Positions 9,672 through 18,786 of a stretch of DNA of 64,000 nucleotides are shown one piece after another (the first letter of the stretch is position 1; the number at the start of each line of letters is the position of its first letter). Source of the stretch: a bacterium. GTDB taxonomy: Bacteria; Electryoneota; Electryoneia; Electryoneales; Electryoneaceae. Location of the stretch: positions 3,008,001-3,072,000 of the forward strand of contig OY769902.1 in assembly GCA_963669175.1 (NCBI GenBank), given 5' to 3'. Below the pieces are notes generated by a model. That model saw nothing but the letters and a program-made list of their open reading frames with translations, made no database searches and was not told the DNA's origin. Made by a program: the position numbers and the translations under genes.

Positions 9672-10925
9672 ATGAATCGGCTATTTCAAAAATTTATCCT
9701 TTTGACCTTGTCGGCTGGGATGCTGTGGGTGACGTCGGGATGTGCTTCAAAGGCGCTGCTTACCGATACCTATGCACCTGATGATGTAAGAATAACTCAA
9801 GTTCAACTTGAGAATTCGGAATCATTGAATCCTACTATCCTGTTAATGGGCGATTCGCAACCGTCATGGCGTGTCATCGAGAAATTCTATAAGAAGGAAA
9901 ACGTAGCTACCTGGTGGCAGCTTGCCGTTCCTTTTTACCAGGTTTACTGGATTGGCAACGGAATCATCGGTGGTATCAATTACCTGCGTTTTTATCCTGA
10001 TGCCGGGCATCAGGAACGGGTGAAACTCAGGACTGCGTTGGAAGACGCGATTCAATCCGATCACCCCGACGCCATTTTGCATGTGGGAGATATGGCCGGT
10101 TCGGATGGGCGTTATGCTGAGCATTGGGATTATTTTCTGGATGATTTCTGGTTCGACCACAAGTTATTCCGTGAAATCCCGGTACTGACCACAATCGGCA
10201 ATCACGAGTGGGCCAACGACACCACATTCGGTTTCCCAAATTATGAAGCCGTTACCGGGACCGAGCGATTTTATACAGTTGAGTTCCGTGATGCTGTGCT
10301 GATCGTAATGGATTCCAATTTCCTCGTGGATCAGTGGGGATTGATTCCGGATGATGAACAGGACGCCCTGTTCAATGAATGGTTCGTGTCTGAACCTGGC
10401 GAGGAAGCGTCCTGGCTTGAAAAGCAGCTTGACACCTATAAGGACAAGGCATTTAAAATCATCTCAATGCACCATCCACCGGTTACGTTCGGTTGGCATG
10501 AAAAGGATTGGTACAAAGAGAACAATGGGCGCGAACTGGTCAGCAAACGTCGTCGTTTCCTGGATACTATCCGGCAGGGGGGAGTGCAGCTCATCCTTTC
10601 CGGACATGAGCATATTTATGAACATGTGGAAGTCCATTTCGATAGCGATGACGATACTGCCGAACCGTTGCATATTGCCGTAGTCACTGGCGGTACAATG
10701 ACCAGACAACCGCCGGGCGAAAACGCAATCGCTGAGATGCAGCAGAAATATGATGAACTCTCAGGGCTGAATGCTGAACCTGTACTGATTACGGATAAAT
10801 CACATTATGGGATTCTTGAAATTACGGATGAGAAAATGACTGTTCGTGTATTGGAAGTAAAAGACGATGGCGCTGTAGTGGAGATGGAATCATTCAGTAT
10901 CAAATCACCGGGAAGTCAGAAGTAA
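9672..10925 (+). CDS. Calcineurin-like metallophosphoesterase lipoprotein
   Basis: Lipobox TSG-C; MPP motifs MGDSQ, HVGDM, IGNHE, SMHHP, SGHEH. Confidence 0.88.
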   Translation: MNRLFQKFILLTLSAGMLWVTSGCASKALLTDTYAPDDVRITQVQLENSESLNPTILLMGDSQPSWRVIEKFYKKENVATWWQLAVPFYQVYWIGNGIIGGINYLRFYPDAGHQERVKLRTALEDAIQSDHPDAILHVGDMAGSDGRYAEHWDYFLDDFWFDHKLFREIPVLTTIGNHEWANDTTFGFPNYEAVTGTERFYTVEFRDAVLIVMDSNFLVDQWGLIPDDEQDALFNEWFVSEPGEEASWLEKQLDTYKDKAFKIISMHHPPVTFGWHEKDWYKENNGRELVSKRRRFLDTIRQGGVQLILSGHEHIYEHVEVHFDSDDDTAEPLHIAVVTGGTMTRQPPGENAIAEMQQKYDELSGLNAEPVLITDKSHYGILEITDEKMTVRVLEVKDDGAVVEMESFSIKSPGSQK

Positions 10926-10943
10926 CAACCGGGAGAGCGGGAG

Positions 10944-12281
10944 ATGTCGAACCCATTGGTGAAATCGTTTATGGACATTCGCAGGAACGAGTGGCCACTG
11001 GCGTTGTCCATGTTTGGTTATTTCTTCCTCGTGATTACCAGCTTCTGGATTCTGAAACCGATCAAGAAATCACTGTTCCTTCAATATTATGATGCTTCCG
11101 GTCTGGATCTCTGGACGTGGCATCTGGGCGCGGCGCAGGCGGAACTGCTGGCCAAGGTCATGAACATGATTGTCGCGTTTGTGGCTGTCGTTGTTTTCAC
11201 CTGGCTGGTACGCAAATTCAGACGTCAGCAACTTACGTACATCTTCACCATCTTCTTTATGGTTGCCTATGTGTTGTACAGCCTGGTGATTTCGAAACAG
11301 GGCGATCTGATCGTCTGGAGTTTCTACCTGTTTGGTGATTTGTACAGCACCCTGATGGTCGCCACCTTTTTCGCTTTCCTGAACGATTCTGTCTCATCGC
11401 AGGCTGCCAAGCGTCTGTATGGTTTGATCGGGCTTGGCGGGGTGACCGGCGGTGTCTTTGGGACCATGTTTGTCCGGATCTGGATCAAGACACTTTCCAT
11501 TCCCGCATGGTTATGGATCTGTTTCGGGATTGCTGCGGTGATCGCGTTGCTGGCATGGGTCGCAGGGAGCATGGTAGATCGAATACGTGATGATGAACCG
11601 GTCAAACCAGCGCCAAAACCAATGAAAACAACACCTGAAAAGGATGGCAATCCAGCATTCGAAGGCGCCCTTCTGGTATTCAAGAATTCGTACCTGCTGG
11701 CTATCGTGGGTATTGTAGGATTATACGAAATCGTTTCCACGCTGATGGATTTTCAGTTCTCCGCTACCATCGTGCATTACCTGGACGGTGAGGCAATTGG
11801 ACAGCAGTTCTCTACGGTTTTTCTGATCACCAACATTACTTCCATGGTGGTACAGTTATTCCTGACCAGTTTCATTATGACCCGGCTTGGTCTGACCACT
11901 GCGCTGCTGGCGCTTCCCTTTGCCGTGATTCTTGGTTCATTTGGATTCCTGGCGTTTCCCGTGTTGTGGGTTGGCAGCTTCCTGAATACAGCGGACAATG
12001 GCTTCAGCTATTCCATCAACCAGTCTGCCAAGGAGACGCTGTACGTTCCCACAACCCGTGATGAGAAATACAAGGCGAAAGCGTTTATCGACATGTTTGT
12101 CCAACGCTTTGCCAAAGCGCTCGCGGTTGGGATCAGCCTGATCGTCACGACTGTGTTCACTTCCTTCGAATCGCTTCGCTGGCTTTCACTGGTCACACTG
12201 GCTGTCGCTGCCCTTTGGGTGTTCATCGCGTTTTATGCGGGGAAGAGGTTCAAAAACCTGTCCGGGGAAATGCACCAATAA
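10944..12281 (+). CDS. TLC/Npt-like MFS nucleotide (NTP/NDP) exchange transporter
   Basis: About 12 TM segments; family motifs ILKPIKKSLF, F.ND.....AKRLYGLIG.GG, YSINQSAKETLYVP...KYKAKAFID...RFAK. Confidence 0.8.
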   Translation: MSNPLVKSFMDIRRNEWPLALSMFGYFFLVITSFWILKPIKKSLFLQYYDASGLDLWTWHLGAAQAELLAKVMNMIVAFVAVVVFTWLVRKFRRQQLTYIFTIFFMVAYVLYSLVISKQGDLIVWSFYLFGDLYSTLMVATFFAFLNDSVSSQAAKRLYGLIGLGGVTGGVFGTMFVRIWIKTLSIPAWLWICFGIAAVIALLAWVAGSMVDRIRDDEPVKPAPKPMKTTPEKDGNPAFEGALLVFKNSYLLAIVGIVGLYEIVSTLMDFQFSATIVHYLDGEAIGQQFSTVFLITNITSMVVQLFLTSFIMTRLGLTTALLALPFAVILGSFGFLAFPVLWVGSFLNTADNGFSYSINQSAKETLYVPTTRDEKYKAKAFIDMFVQRFAKALAVGISLIVTTVFTSFESLRWLSLVTLAVAALWVFIAFYAGKRFKNLSGEMHQ

Positions 12282-12339
12282 TTTATGGCGAAAAACTGTA
12301 TTGTGAGGAGCAGGGGATCTGTAATCCCAAGTTGGAAGC

Positions 12340-12580
12340 GAAAAATGGGACTGTTGCCTTTTCATGTTCACAAGTGCAGAACAGTTAAATCAATATAGGT
12401 GAAAAGGTAACTGTACCAGATTTTTCGCCTGCAGCAGGGAGGGATCCAGGCAGGAAAATGCAAGGACAGTCACGTTTTCGTAACATGTTTTTCGGAAATC
12501 AATATTCACGGGATTGAATCAAACATAGTCAACAAATTCTGGCATATCCTGAAGCGAAAAGAGTGACACTCCCCATTTTC
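12340..12580. repeat. REP-like cluster, family A (diverged; four GAAAA-N-TTTTC units)
   Basis: Units at 12340-12363, 12401-12426, 12454-12479, 12556-12580, arranged as inverted pairs. Confidence 0.65.
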
Positions 12581-12633
12581 CATACGAAACAGCGAGGCGT
12601 CTGAAAGGTTGACTCTTGAGGCGTCATGGATAC

Positions 12634-12662
12634 TTGCATCCGTGAAAAAACTGCCCTACCAT
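12634..12662 (+). promoter_or_regulatory. Sigma70-type promoter of tetR
   Basis: TTGCAT-N17-TACCAT immediately upstream of the operator palindrome. Confidence 0.55.
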
Positions 12663-12664
12663 AG

Positions 12665-12682
12665 TGAATGAACATTCATTCA
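12665..12682. promoter_or_regulatory. Putative TetR operator 1
   Basis: tgaatgaacattcattca, near-perfect palindrome, repeated at 13302. Confidence 0.75.
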
Positions 12683-12702
12683 GGAAGAGAGGTATCAAAT
12701 AG

Positions 12703-13275
12703 ATGAGTCCGGTCAAGTCAGAAGAGAAACGGTTTCGCATTCTGGAAGCAGCGCTGAGGGTTTTCAGTGATAAGGGGTACTATGGCAGCTCCATTCCCAG
12801 CATTGCCAAAGAGGCCGAAGTGGCTACAGGGACCATCTACGTTTACTTCAAGGACAAGCAGGCGCTGGCGAATGAACTCTATCTGTATTTGCGCGACATC
12901 TTTCGTCAGCATGTGAAACTGGGGGATGACAGGATGACCCCCCGGGAACGATTCCATACTTTATGGCAAAGTTATATTCATTTTGGACTTAGCCACAGGA
13001 TGGAACTTGAGTTTATTGAAGATCATCATCATGCGCCATACCTTGAAAAGGAAACCCAGAAGGCTGCGTTTGAGTTTCTGAATGACTATAGTAAATTCCT
13101 TGAAAACCTGGTAAAGGCTGGCGCTGTGAAGAATGAATCCCTGTTCCTTTTGCTGGGCATGATGGAAGGAATGGCGTTGGGTTTGCTGCATATCATCTGG
13201 CATGAGCATTTGGAACCCACGGAAGAAAACATCGCCAAGGCGGAGCAGATGGCATGGGAGGCAATTCGGATCTAG
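12703..13275 (+). CDS. TetR/AcrR family transcriptional regulator
   Basis: ILEAALRVFSDKGY..SSIPSIAKEAEVATGTIYVYFKDK HTH. Confidence 0.95.
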   Translation: MSPVKSEEKRFRILEAALRVFSDKGYYGSSIPSIAKEAEVATGTIYVYFKDKQALANELYLYLRDIFRQHVKLGDDRMTPRERFHTLWQSYIHFGLSHRMELEFIEDHHHAPYLEKETQKAAFEFLNDYSKFLENLVKAGAVKNESLFLLLGMMEGMALGLLHIIWHEHLEPTEENIAKAEQMAWEAIRI

Positions 13276-13301
13276 AGATATCGTGATTTTTTTTTACACA
13301 A

Positions 13302-13318
13302 TGAATGAATATTCATTC
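13302..13318. promoter_or_regulatory. Putative TetR operator 2
   Basis: gaatgaatattcattc, perfect 16-bp palindrome upstream of the methyltransferase. Confidence 0.75.
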
Positions 13319-13372
13319 TTTAAGATGGGTGGAACACAACACAAAAACACAAAGAGAGAGTAGAGGTATACC

Positions 13373-13975
13373 ATGCAGAGCACAGAGACGAAAAACAGGA
13401 CAAAGCAGGATCAGCAGGAAAGGTCAGAACATATCTGTCCGCCAGGTGTGGCCAGGATGTTGAACAGTCCACTTCGGACCATGTTCGAAAATCCCATGAG
13501 GATTCTGAAACCAATTGTCAAGCAGGGAGATGTTACGGTGGATCTGGGGTGTGGTGGTGGAGTGTTCTCCGCGGCGCTGGCAAGGCTGGTTGGGAAGGAT
13601 GGAAAGGTATATGCTGTGGATGTCCAACCGGAGATGCTGGAACTCACACATGGTTTCCTGGCCAGACGCAGACTCGCAGAACGTGTAACACTTCACCGGT
13701 GTGAAGGCAGGGACTTGAAACTGGATGACGTGCAGGCCGATGTTGTACTGGCGGTTCATATGGTCCATGAAACACCTAACCCGGAAGGTTTGGTGAAGCA
13801 GATTGCCATGTTATTGAAAGACGGTGGAAAACTCCTGGTGCTGGAACCAAAGATGCACGTGAGTGAAGAGCTTTTTCAGGAGACCCTGGCATTTGCACAG
13901 AAGCATGGGTTGGTCAAGGTGAAAGATTTGAATACGCTTATGGGCAGAGGGGCATTGTTTCAGAAACGTAAGTGA
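13373..13975 (+). CDS. Class I SAM-dependent methyltransferase
   Basis: VDLGCGGG, KVYAVDVQPEML, LKDGGKLLVLEP. Confidence 0.9.
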   Translation: MQSTETKNRTKQDQQERSEHICPPGVARMLNSPLRTMFENPMRILKPIVKQGDVTVDLGCGGGVFSAALARLVGKDGKVYAVDVQPEMLELTHGFLARRRLAERVTLHRCEGRDLKLDDVQADVVLAVHMVHETPNPEGLVKQIAMLLKDGGKLLVLEPKMHVSEELFQETLAFAQKHGLVKVKDLNTLMGRGALFQKRK

Positions 13976-14000
13976 AGTACATCCAGGCTATGTTGAGTAT

Positions 14001-14048
14001 TGGCTACTGCGCACTGGTTTGTCCCGTGCAAGTGCAGTGGCCATTTTT
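14001..14048 (+). terminator. Probable intrinsic terminator
   Basis: tggctactgcgc/gtgcagtggcca stem followed by ttttt. Confidence 0.55.
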
Positions 14049-14227
14049 CTCTTTCATAGGGAGGGATGAAGTTGGCCCTTTCCGGGAACCGCGTGGTATC
14101 TGAATACTTGCATTCCCACTGGTATTGAAAGCAGAATTGTTCTAAACTGACTATTCAGCCAAAGGGATCCATTTATACGGACGCTTCCAGAGAGGCGTTT
14201 TTCAGAGAAACAGTGAAATAATCGTAT

Positions 14228-14254
14228 TAAACCTGTTCCATGGTGGAACGTCCA
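14228..14254 (+). promoter_or_regulatory. Putative autoregulatory ECF promoter
   Basis: TAAACC...CGTCC with AAC-N16-CGT spacing, ~50 bp upstream of the ECF sigma gene. Confidence 0.5.
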
Positions 14255-14305
14255 ACGATGTGAGAACCTGATCGTAGAGGGAGCTAACAGCGTTCGGAAA
14301 GCACC

Positions 14306-14968
14306 ATGCAGACAGGATTGGCCCTGAACACAGATGGACTAGCAGTGGACGACGCTCAGACACGTAGAAAAAACTATGTGCCGAACGACGCTGTCGCAGC
14401 AGCAGAGGTACTCACGGACGAATCCGATGCGGAATGGTTCGAGCTGCTGGAACAGGATCGTGAACGTGCGTTTGTGCTTTTAGTTGAACGGTACAGGACC
14501 GAGATCTTTGATTTATGTGTAAGGATAAGTGGCAACAGGAGCGAAGCGGAAGACCTGACCCAGGAAACATTCATCAAGGCGTACCAGAATTTAGGGTCAT
14601 TTCGACGTGATGCAAGGATGCGCACCTGGTTGTATCGAATCGCGATTAATCGTTCGATCAGTTTTACACGACGGCTAAAGCGGTGGCGGATGCAACGTGG
14701 AAACGATGAGGAGATTTTTCCGGAACTGCCTGAACTGGCCAATCCTTCGGCTGAGCAGGAGACGGAATGGAAAGATCTGGCAGAAAAAGCGCATGAAGCA
14801 TTGCATGAACTTTCACCCCGTCAGCGTACGGCTGTTATTTTACGGGTGTTGAAAGAGATGACCTACGAGGATGTGGCAGCAGCGATGGGCACATCAGTTG
14901 GTGGTGCAAAAGCCAATGTTTTCCAAGGGTTAAAGAAGCTTCGGGCCACGTTGGAGGAGCAATCATGA
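14306..14968 (+). CDS. ECF (RpoE-type) RNA polymerase sigma factor
   Basis: AEDLTQETFIKAY, RTWLYRIAIN, LSPRQRTAVIL....MTYEDVA. Confidence 0.95.
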   Translation: MQTGLALNTDGLAVDDAQTRRKNYVPNDAVAAAEVLTDESDAEWFELLEQDRERAFVLLVERYRTEIFDLCVRISGNRSEAEDLTQETFIKAYQNLGSFRRDARMRTWLYRIAINRSISFTRRLKRWRMQRGNDEEIFPELPELANPSAEQETEWKDLAEKAHEALHELSPRQRTAVILRVLKEMTYEDVAAAMGTSVGGAKANVFQGLKKLRATLEEQS

Positions 14969-15465
14969 GTGAAGAGTTTAACAACCGCGAGTTTGATATT
15001 TATAAGCAGGTCGGTTTTCAACCACCTGCTGACGATGAGTTCGCAAGCCGTGTTCGTGGTATTGCGATCAAGCGCAGAAAACAGGCGCAAGTTCGGAATA
15101 CCGTCGGCGCAACCGTCATGACCATGATATTGATTTCAGGTATCTACCTTGGGGCAAACTGGATGGACCCCCAGGGAAGAGGTCAGGTTACCCCGGATAT
15201 GTTTGCAGATCTTGAAAATCAGTCCTTGATTACCCATACTACCAGTGAGCTGGCGCAGACTGATATCGATCTTGAAGAGCTGACAGTATTGACCCTGATG
15301 GACGAGGATACAACAACCTCATATGATGATTTTTATAACCTTTTCGCTGGGACAGAGAGTTCTGATGATCCAGTCGAAACATTAACCGGTCTTGACGATC
15401 AGAGTCTCGAAGAAGCGCTTCAATGGCTTGAAGACACTGAAATTGAACTATGTCCACAGTGTTGA
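14965..15465 (+). CDS. Putative anti-sigma factor (single TM, acidic periplasmic tail)
   Basis: ATGA coupling to the sigma gene; one hydrophobic segment; conventional position. Confidence 0.6.
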   Translation: MSEEFNNREFDIYKQVGFQPPADDEFASRVRGIAIKRRKQAQVRNTVGATVMTMILISGIYLGANWMDPQGRGQVTPDMFADLENQSLITHTTSELAQTDIDLEELTVLTLMDEDTTTSYDDFYNLFAGTESSDDPVETLTGLDDQSLEEALQWLEDTEIELCPQC

Positions 15466-15489
15466 CAGGATTTTGAGGAGGATAGAGAG

Positions 15490-16020
15490 ATGAGAAAACG
15501 TAACGGGATTATTGCCGGGTTTCTGGTTTTGCTGGTAGCCGGACTGGCCTTCAGTCAGCCCATGCCGCCGATGAATGATGGACCCCGACGTCAGCAGGTG
15601 CGTGAGCGGGTTCGAGAGATAAAAATGCTCAAGCTCATGGAAGTGCTTCAGTTGAGCGAGGACCAATCTGCACGGTTCTTCCCACGGTATCGTGACGCAG
15701 AAGACAAGATTGATGCCCTCAATGACGAGATGGAAGAAGTGCTGAACGAACTCAGTGAAGCATCAATTGACAATAGCAAGAAGGATATTGATGCTTTAAT
15801 CGAACGGTATTCGGCTTTGGTAAAGCAGCAAGTCGATGTTCAGCTTGAGTTGGTTACTTCAGTAGCAGACATCCTGTCGGCGAAGCAGCGTGCCGGTCTG
15901 ATCGTATTTGAAAGGCGATTCCAGAATCGTTTGCGGGATTTGAAGCATGAATGGGGAGGAGATGTTCCTCCGCCAGGACGTCACCGCAGAGGTGGTGGTG
16001 GACCTTCCTGGGATGAATAA
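15490..16020 (+). CDS. Spy/CpxP-like periplasmic helical protein
   Basis: Signal peptide; LQLSEDQ..RFFP.Y and ILSAKQRA (LTxxQ-like) motifs; third gene of the ECF locus. Confidence 0.7.
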   Translation: MRKRNGIIAGFLVLLVAGLAFSQPMPPMNDGPRRQQVRERVREIKMLKLMEVLQLSEDQSARFFPRYRDAEDKIDALNDEMEEVLNELSEASIDNSKKDIDALIERYSALVKQQVDVQLELVTSVADILSAKQRAGLIVFERRFQNRLRDLKHEWGGDVPPPGRHRRGGGGPSWDE

Positions 16021-16066
16021 TGGCGCAATACGAGCCACCATAATGGAATTCCAGGCAAGAGTGTTT

Positions 16067-16100
16067 AAAATCCGGTTGTCACGCAACCGGATTTTTTTTT
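16067..16100 (+). terminator. Intrinsic terminator
   Basis: aaaatccggttg-tcacg-caaccggattttttttt. Confidence 0.85.
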
Positions 16101-16188
16101 AAGATTTTACGAATCCAATTTCATCATAGCAGGGAGCAGGTTATTTTTACAACTGATCTTTCACTGACCCTTAAAGTGAGGTTCCGGG

Positions 16189-17331
16189 ATGCAGAAGAAA
16201 AAGACTGTGCTGATTCTTGGTGGATACGGGGAAACCGGCAAAAGATTGGCGAAACTGCTAGCTGGATGGTTAGGGATACATGTCAGGATTGGAGGTCGTA
16301 ATGAAGATAAAGCAATTGCACTGGCGAAATTGATCAATGCTGAACATACCAATGAAATGGCGCAAGGTGTTTTCCTTGATGCTGAGGAGCATGAATCCAT
16401 AAGGAAGGCGCTTCAGGGAGTTGATGCTTTCATACAGGCTGGTCCGGCGCTACCGGAGGGAATTGTCAGATCTGTCGCACTAGCAGTGATTCAGCAGGGA
16501 GTTGACTGGATGGATGTCCAGGTTGATCCCGGGCAGGCGCGTGTGCTGCGAGAATACGAAAAGGAGATTCTTGATAATAAGCTGTGTTTCTGTGTACAGG
16601 CCGGTTTTCATCCTGGCCTGCCCGCTGCAATGGTTCGCTGGATGGCAACAAAATTTGATAAACTTGAAGAAGCAACAACCTGGGGATTTCTGAATGACAA
16701 GGGCGGTTTGAAATATACCAGTGGTGTGGACGAGATTATCGAGATGTTCAGAGATTATACCGTAAAAGAATATATAAATGGGGAATGGTTGGAGTTTAAG
16801 CCAGATATGCGTTACAAATACCCCAGGCAGGAGTTGGGCTTCGGCACGGGTACTTCCATGTTTAGCCCGATGGATCTGGAGGAAATGCATGCTTTACCGG
16901 ATTTGATCCCAACATTACAACGAACCGGATTTTATGTGGGCGGTTGGGATTCCATGACCAACATGGCGATTGCGCCTGCAATCATGGTTGGTCAGAAAGT
17001 ATTGCCCATGATAAGTGATTCCAGGTGGGGAAAACTGCTGAGCTGGAGTACGCGCACGTTTCAGCATCCTCCGTTTGGAACAGTGCTACAGGTCAACGCC
17101 TTTGGCAGCAAAGATGGCCGGAAGATCGAGAAGCGAATGACCTTTAAAATGGATAGTGGTTATGACCTGACAGCAATCCCGATGGCCGCTACCCTGCGCC
17201 AGATGATAACGGGCGCTTCAAGACCTTCGGGCGTGCATTATATGGGCCACCTGGCAAACCCCGCAATGCTCTTCACTGATATGAAAAAACTTGGTGTTCA
17301 AACTGAGATGAAAAGTCGTATTTGGGACTGA
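16189..17331 (+). CDS. Saccharopine dehydrogenase-like NAD(P)-binding oxidoreductase
   Basis: VLILGGYGETG, GGRN..KA, QAGFHPGLP, GYDLTAIP. Confidence 0.85.
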   Translation: MQKKKTVLILGGYGETGKRLAKLLAGWLGIHVRIGGRNEDKAIALAKLINAEHTNEMAQGVFLDAEEHESIRKALQGVDAFIQAGPALPEGIVRSVALAVIQQGVDWMDVQVDPGQARVLREYEKEILDNKLCFCVQAGFHPGLPAAMVRWMATKFDKLEEATTWGFLNDKGGLKYTSGVDEIIEMFRDYTVKEYINGEWLEFKPDMRYKYPRQELGFGTGTSMFSPMDLEEMHALPDLIPTLQRTGFYVGGWDSMTNMAIAPAIMVGQKVLPMISDSRWGKLLSWSTRTFQHPPFGTVLQVNAFGSKDGRKIEKRMTFKMDSGYDLTAIPMAATLRQMITGASRPSGVHYMGHLANPAMLFTDMKKLGVQTEMKSRIWD

Positions 17332-17349
17332 GAAGAGACTGTCTACCGG

Positions 17350-17383
17350 AAAAATAAACAAAGCCCTCACAAGGAGGGCTTTG
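17350..17383 (-). terminator. Intrinsic terminator of flagellin (possibly bidirectional)
   Basis: caaagccctc/gagggctttg stem; T-tract on the minus strand. Confidence 0.7.
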
Positions 17384-17486
17384 CCAGATTTCGGCTTGCA
17401 CTTTGGCTTTCTTTTTCCCGGCACACACCTGGAACTCAAGTGATTCCTGATGCCGTATCGGAGAAAGCCAGCTTTAGCGGCTGATG

Positions 17487-18326
17487 CTACCCGATTAACC
17501 CCGCCACCATCTGAGGAATCATGTTCGCTTGTGCGAGCATGCTGATACCCGACTGGAACAGGATCTGTGACCGGACAAAGTTGCTCATCTCGGCAGCAAT
17601 GTCAGCATCACGAATGGTTGATTCAGATGCAGTCAGATTTTCTGAACTGATCTTCAGGTTCAACAGTGTGTTCTGCAACCGTTCGACATAGGATCCGACA
17701 CGAGTCCGTTCAGTGTCCTTGGTGTCGATAGCGCTGTCAATCGAACCAATGGTCTGCTGCGCGGAAAGCGTGTTCAGCAGGTTGGTGCCATTCAGGCCCA
17801 ACGCACTGGAACGCATGTCGCCAAGATTGATGTAATAGTAGTCATTGTTACGGACGTTGTACGTACCAATGTGGAACTTGATGCCGGTGGTGCCGGAGCT
17901 GTAGTCCCCATTAATGAGGTAAAGTCCGTTGTAGTTGGTCGTGTTGGCGATACGATCGATCTCTGACTTGAGCTGTTGGAATTCAACATTCAGGTAAGTA
18001 CGATCAAGACTGGTCAACGCGCCGTTGGAAGCCTGGATAGCGAGCGCACGCATGCGGACCAGCTTCTCGTCAATGACGGACATGGCGCCTTCAGCCGTCG
18101 CCAACAGGTTGATGTTGTAGTTGGTATTCCGTTCTGCTTCCGCAGTGGAATCGATCTGTGCACGCATGCGTTCACTGACGGCCAGACCTGCCGGATCATC
18201 CCAGGCGTAGTTGATACGCAGACCGCTGGACAGACGGTTTACAGCCGTATCCAGATCGTTCTGGGTGGTCCAGATGTTTCTCTGCGCAGACAGAGAAAGG
18301 ATGTTGTGGTTAATGCGGGTACTCAT
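17487..18326 (-). CDS. fliC: Flagellin (short, D0/D1 only)
   Basis: RLSSGLRIN..DDPAGL, EIDRIANTTNYNG, ASESTIRDADIAAEM, SMLAQAN. Confidence 0.95.
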   Translation of the reverse strand: MSTRINHNILSLSAQRNIWTTQNDLDTAVNRLSSGLRINYAWDDPAGLAVSERMRAQIDSTAEAERNTNYNINLLATAEGAMSVIDEKLVRMRALAIQASNGALTSLDRTYLNVEFQQLKSEIDRIANTTNYNGLYLINGDYSSGTTGIKFHIGTYNVRNNDYYYINLGDMRSSALGLNGTNLLNTLSAQQTIGSIDSAIDTKDTERTRVGSYVERLQNTLLNLKISSENLTASESTIRDADIAAEMSNFVRSQILFQSGISMLAQANMIPQMVAGLIG

Positions 18327-18591
18327 GAGTAACCTCCTTGTTCCGTGGACAGGTGGTTGAGACGGTTAACCATATCCTGTCCGCCCCTGTGAGACGTTTG
18401 TGTTCATCAGAGGTGCAGATGCCTCATCCGAACATGAGCAGGGACTGGGGAATGAGAAGGACTGTCAAATCCCTAGGGTGGAATTCACCTCTATGGGCCT
18501 GTCGGTTATGTGCGTGAGCGTCGCACGGACAGGGAGCAGGTCGGAGCTGGGGGTAGCGGAGCTTCGAAAGACATTTGCCTTTCACTATTCA

Positions 18592-18619
18592 TTATCGGGA
18601 TCACTGCCTGGAGACTTTA
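18592..18619 (-). promoter_or_regulatory. Sigma28 (FliA) promoter of flagellin
   Basis: Minus strand TAAA-N16-CCCGATAA versus consensus TAAA-N15/16-GCCGATAA. Confidence 0.7.
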
Positions 18620-18786
18620 ACAATCTTGCTGTGACCTCTGGAGGAAATCTAAGGATAACAGGTGTAAGTATTGTAAATAATAAGTATAACACTATTAACT
18701 TGACGAGAGAACTTTCGAGTGGGAGCGATAGGTTTTCGGTGACAAAGGGTTGAATACTTAAAGAAGCGCTGAAGGTTTGCGGTTTG

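Noticed and set aside
8720-9673. Repeat-derived ORFs (8720-9097, 9275-9673, 9443-9637)
   Set aside because: These are translations of tandem repeats with frame-shifting unit lengths and no RBS or domain support
15463-15490. Selenocysteine or readthrough at Cys-TGA fusing the anti-sigma to the Spy-like gene (likewise purF to ubiA at 58309-58318)
   Set aside because: In-frame spacing has a 1-in-3 chance; the Spy-like gene has its own RBS and signal peptide, PurF is complete at its stop, and no SECIS-like hairpin is seen
18330-18590. c-di-GMP-I riboswitch in the flagellin leader
   Set aside because: GGCAAA is present but the GNRA hairpin and GACGCAAAG elements are missing
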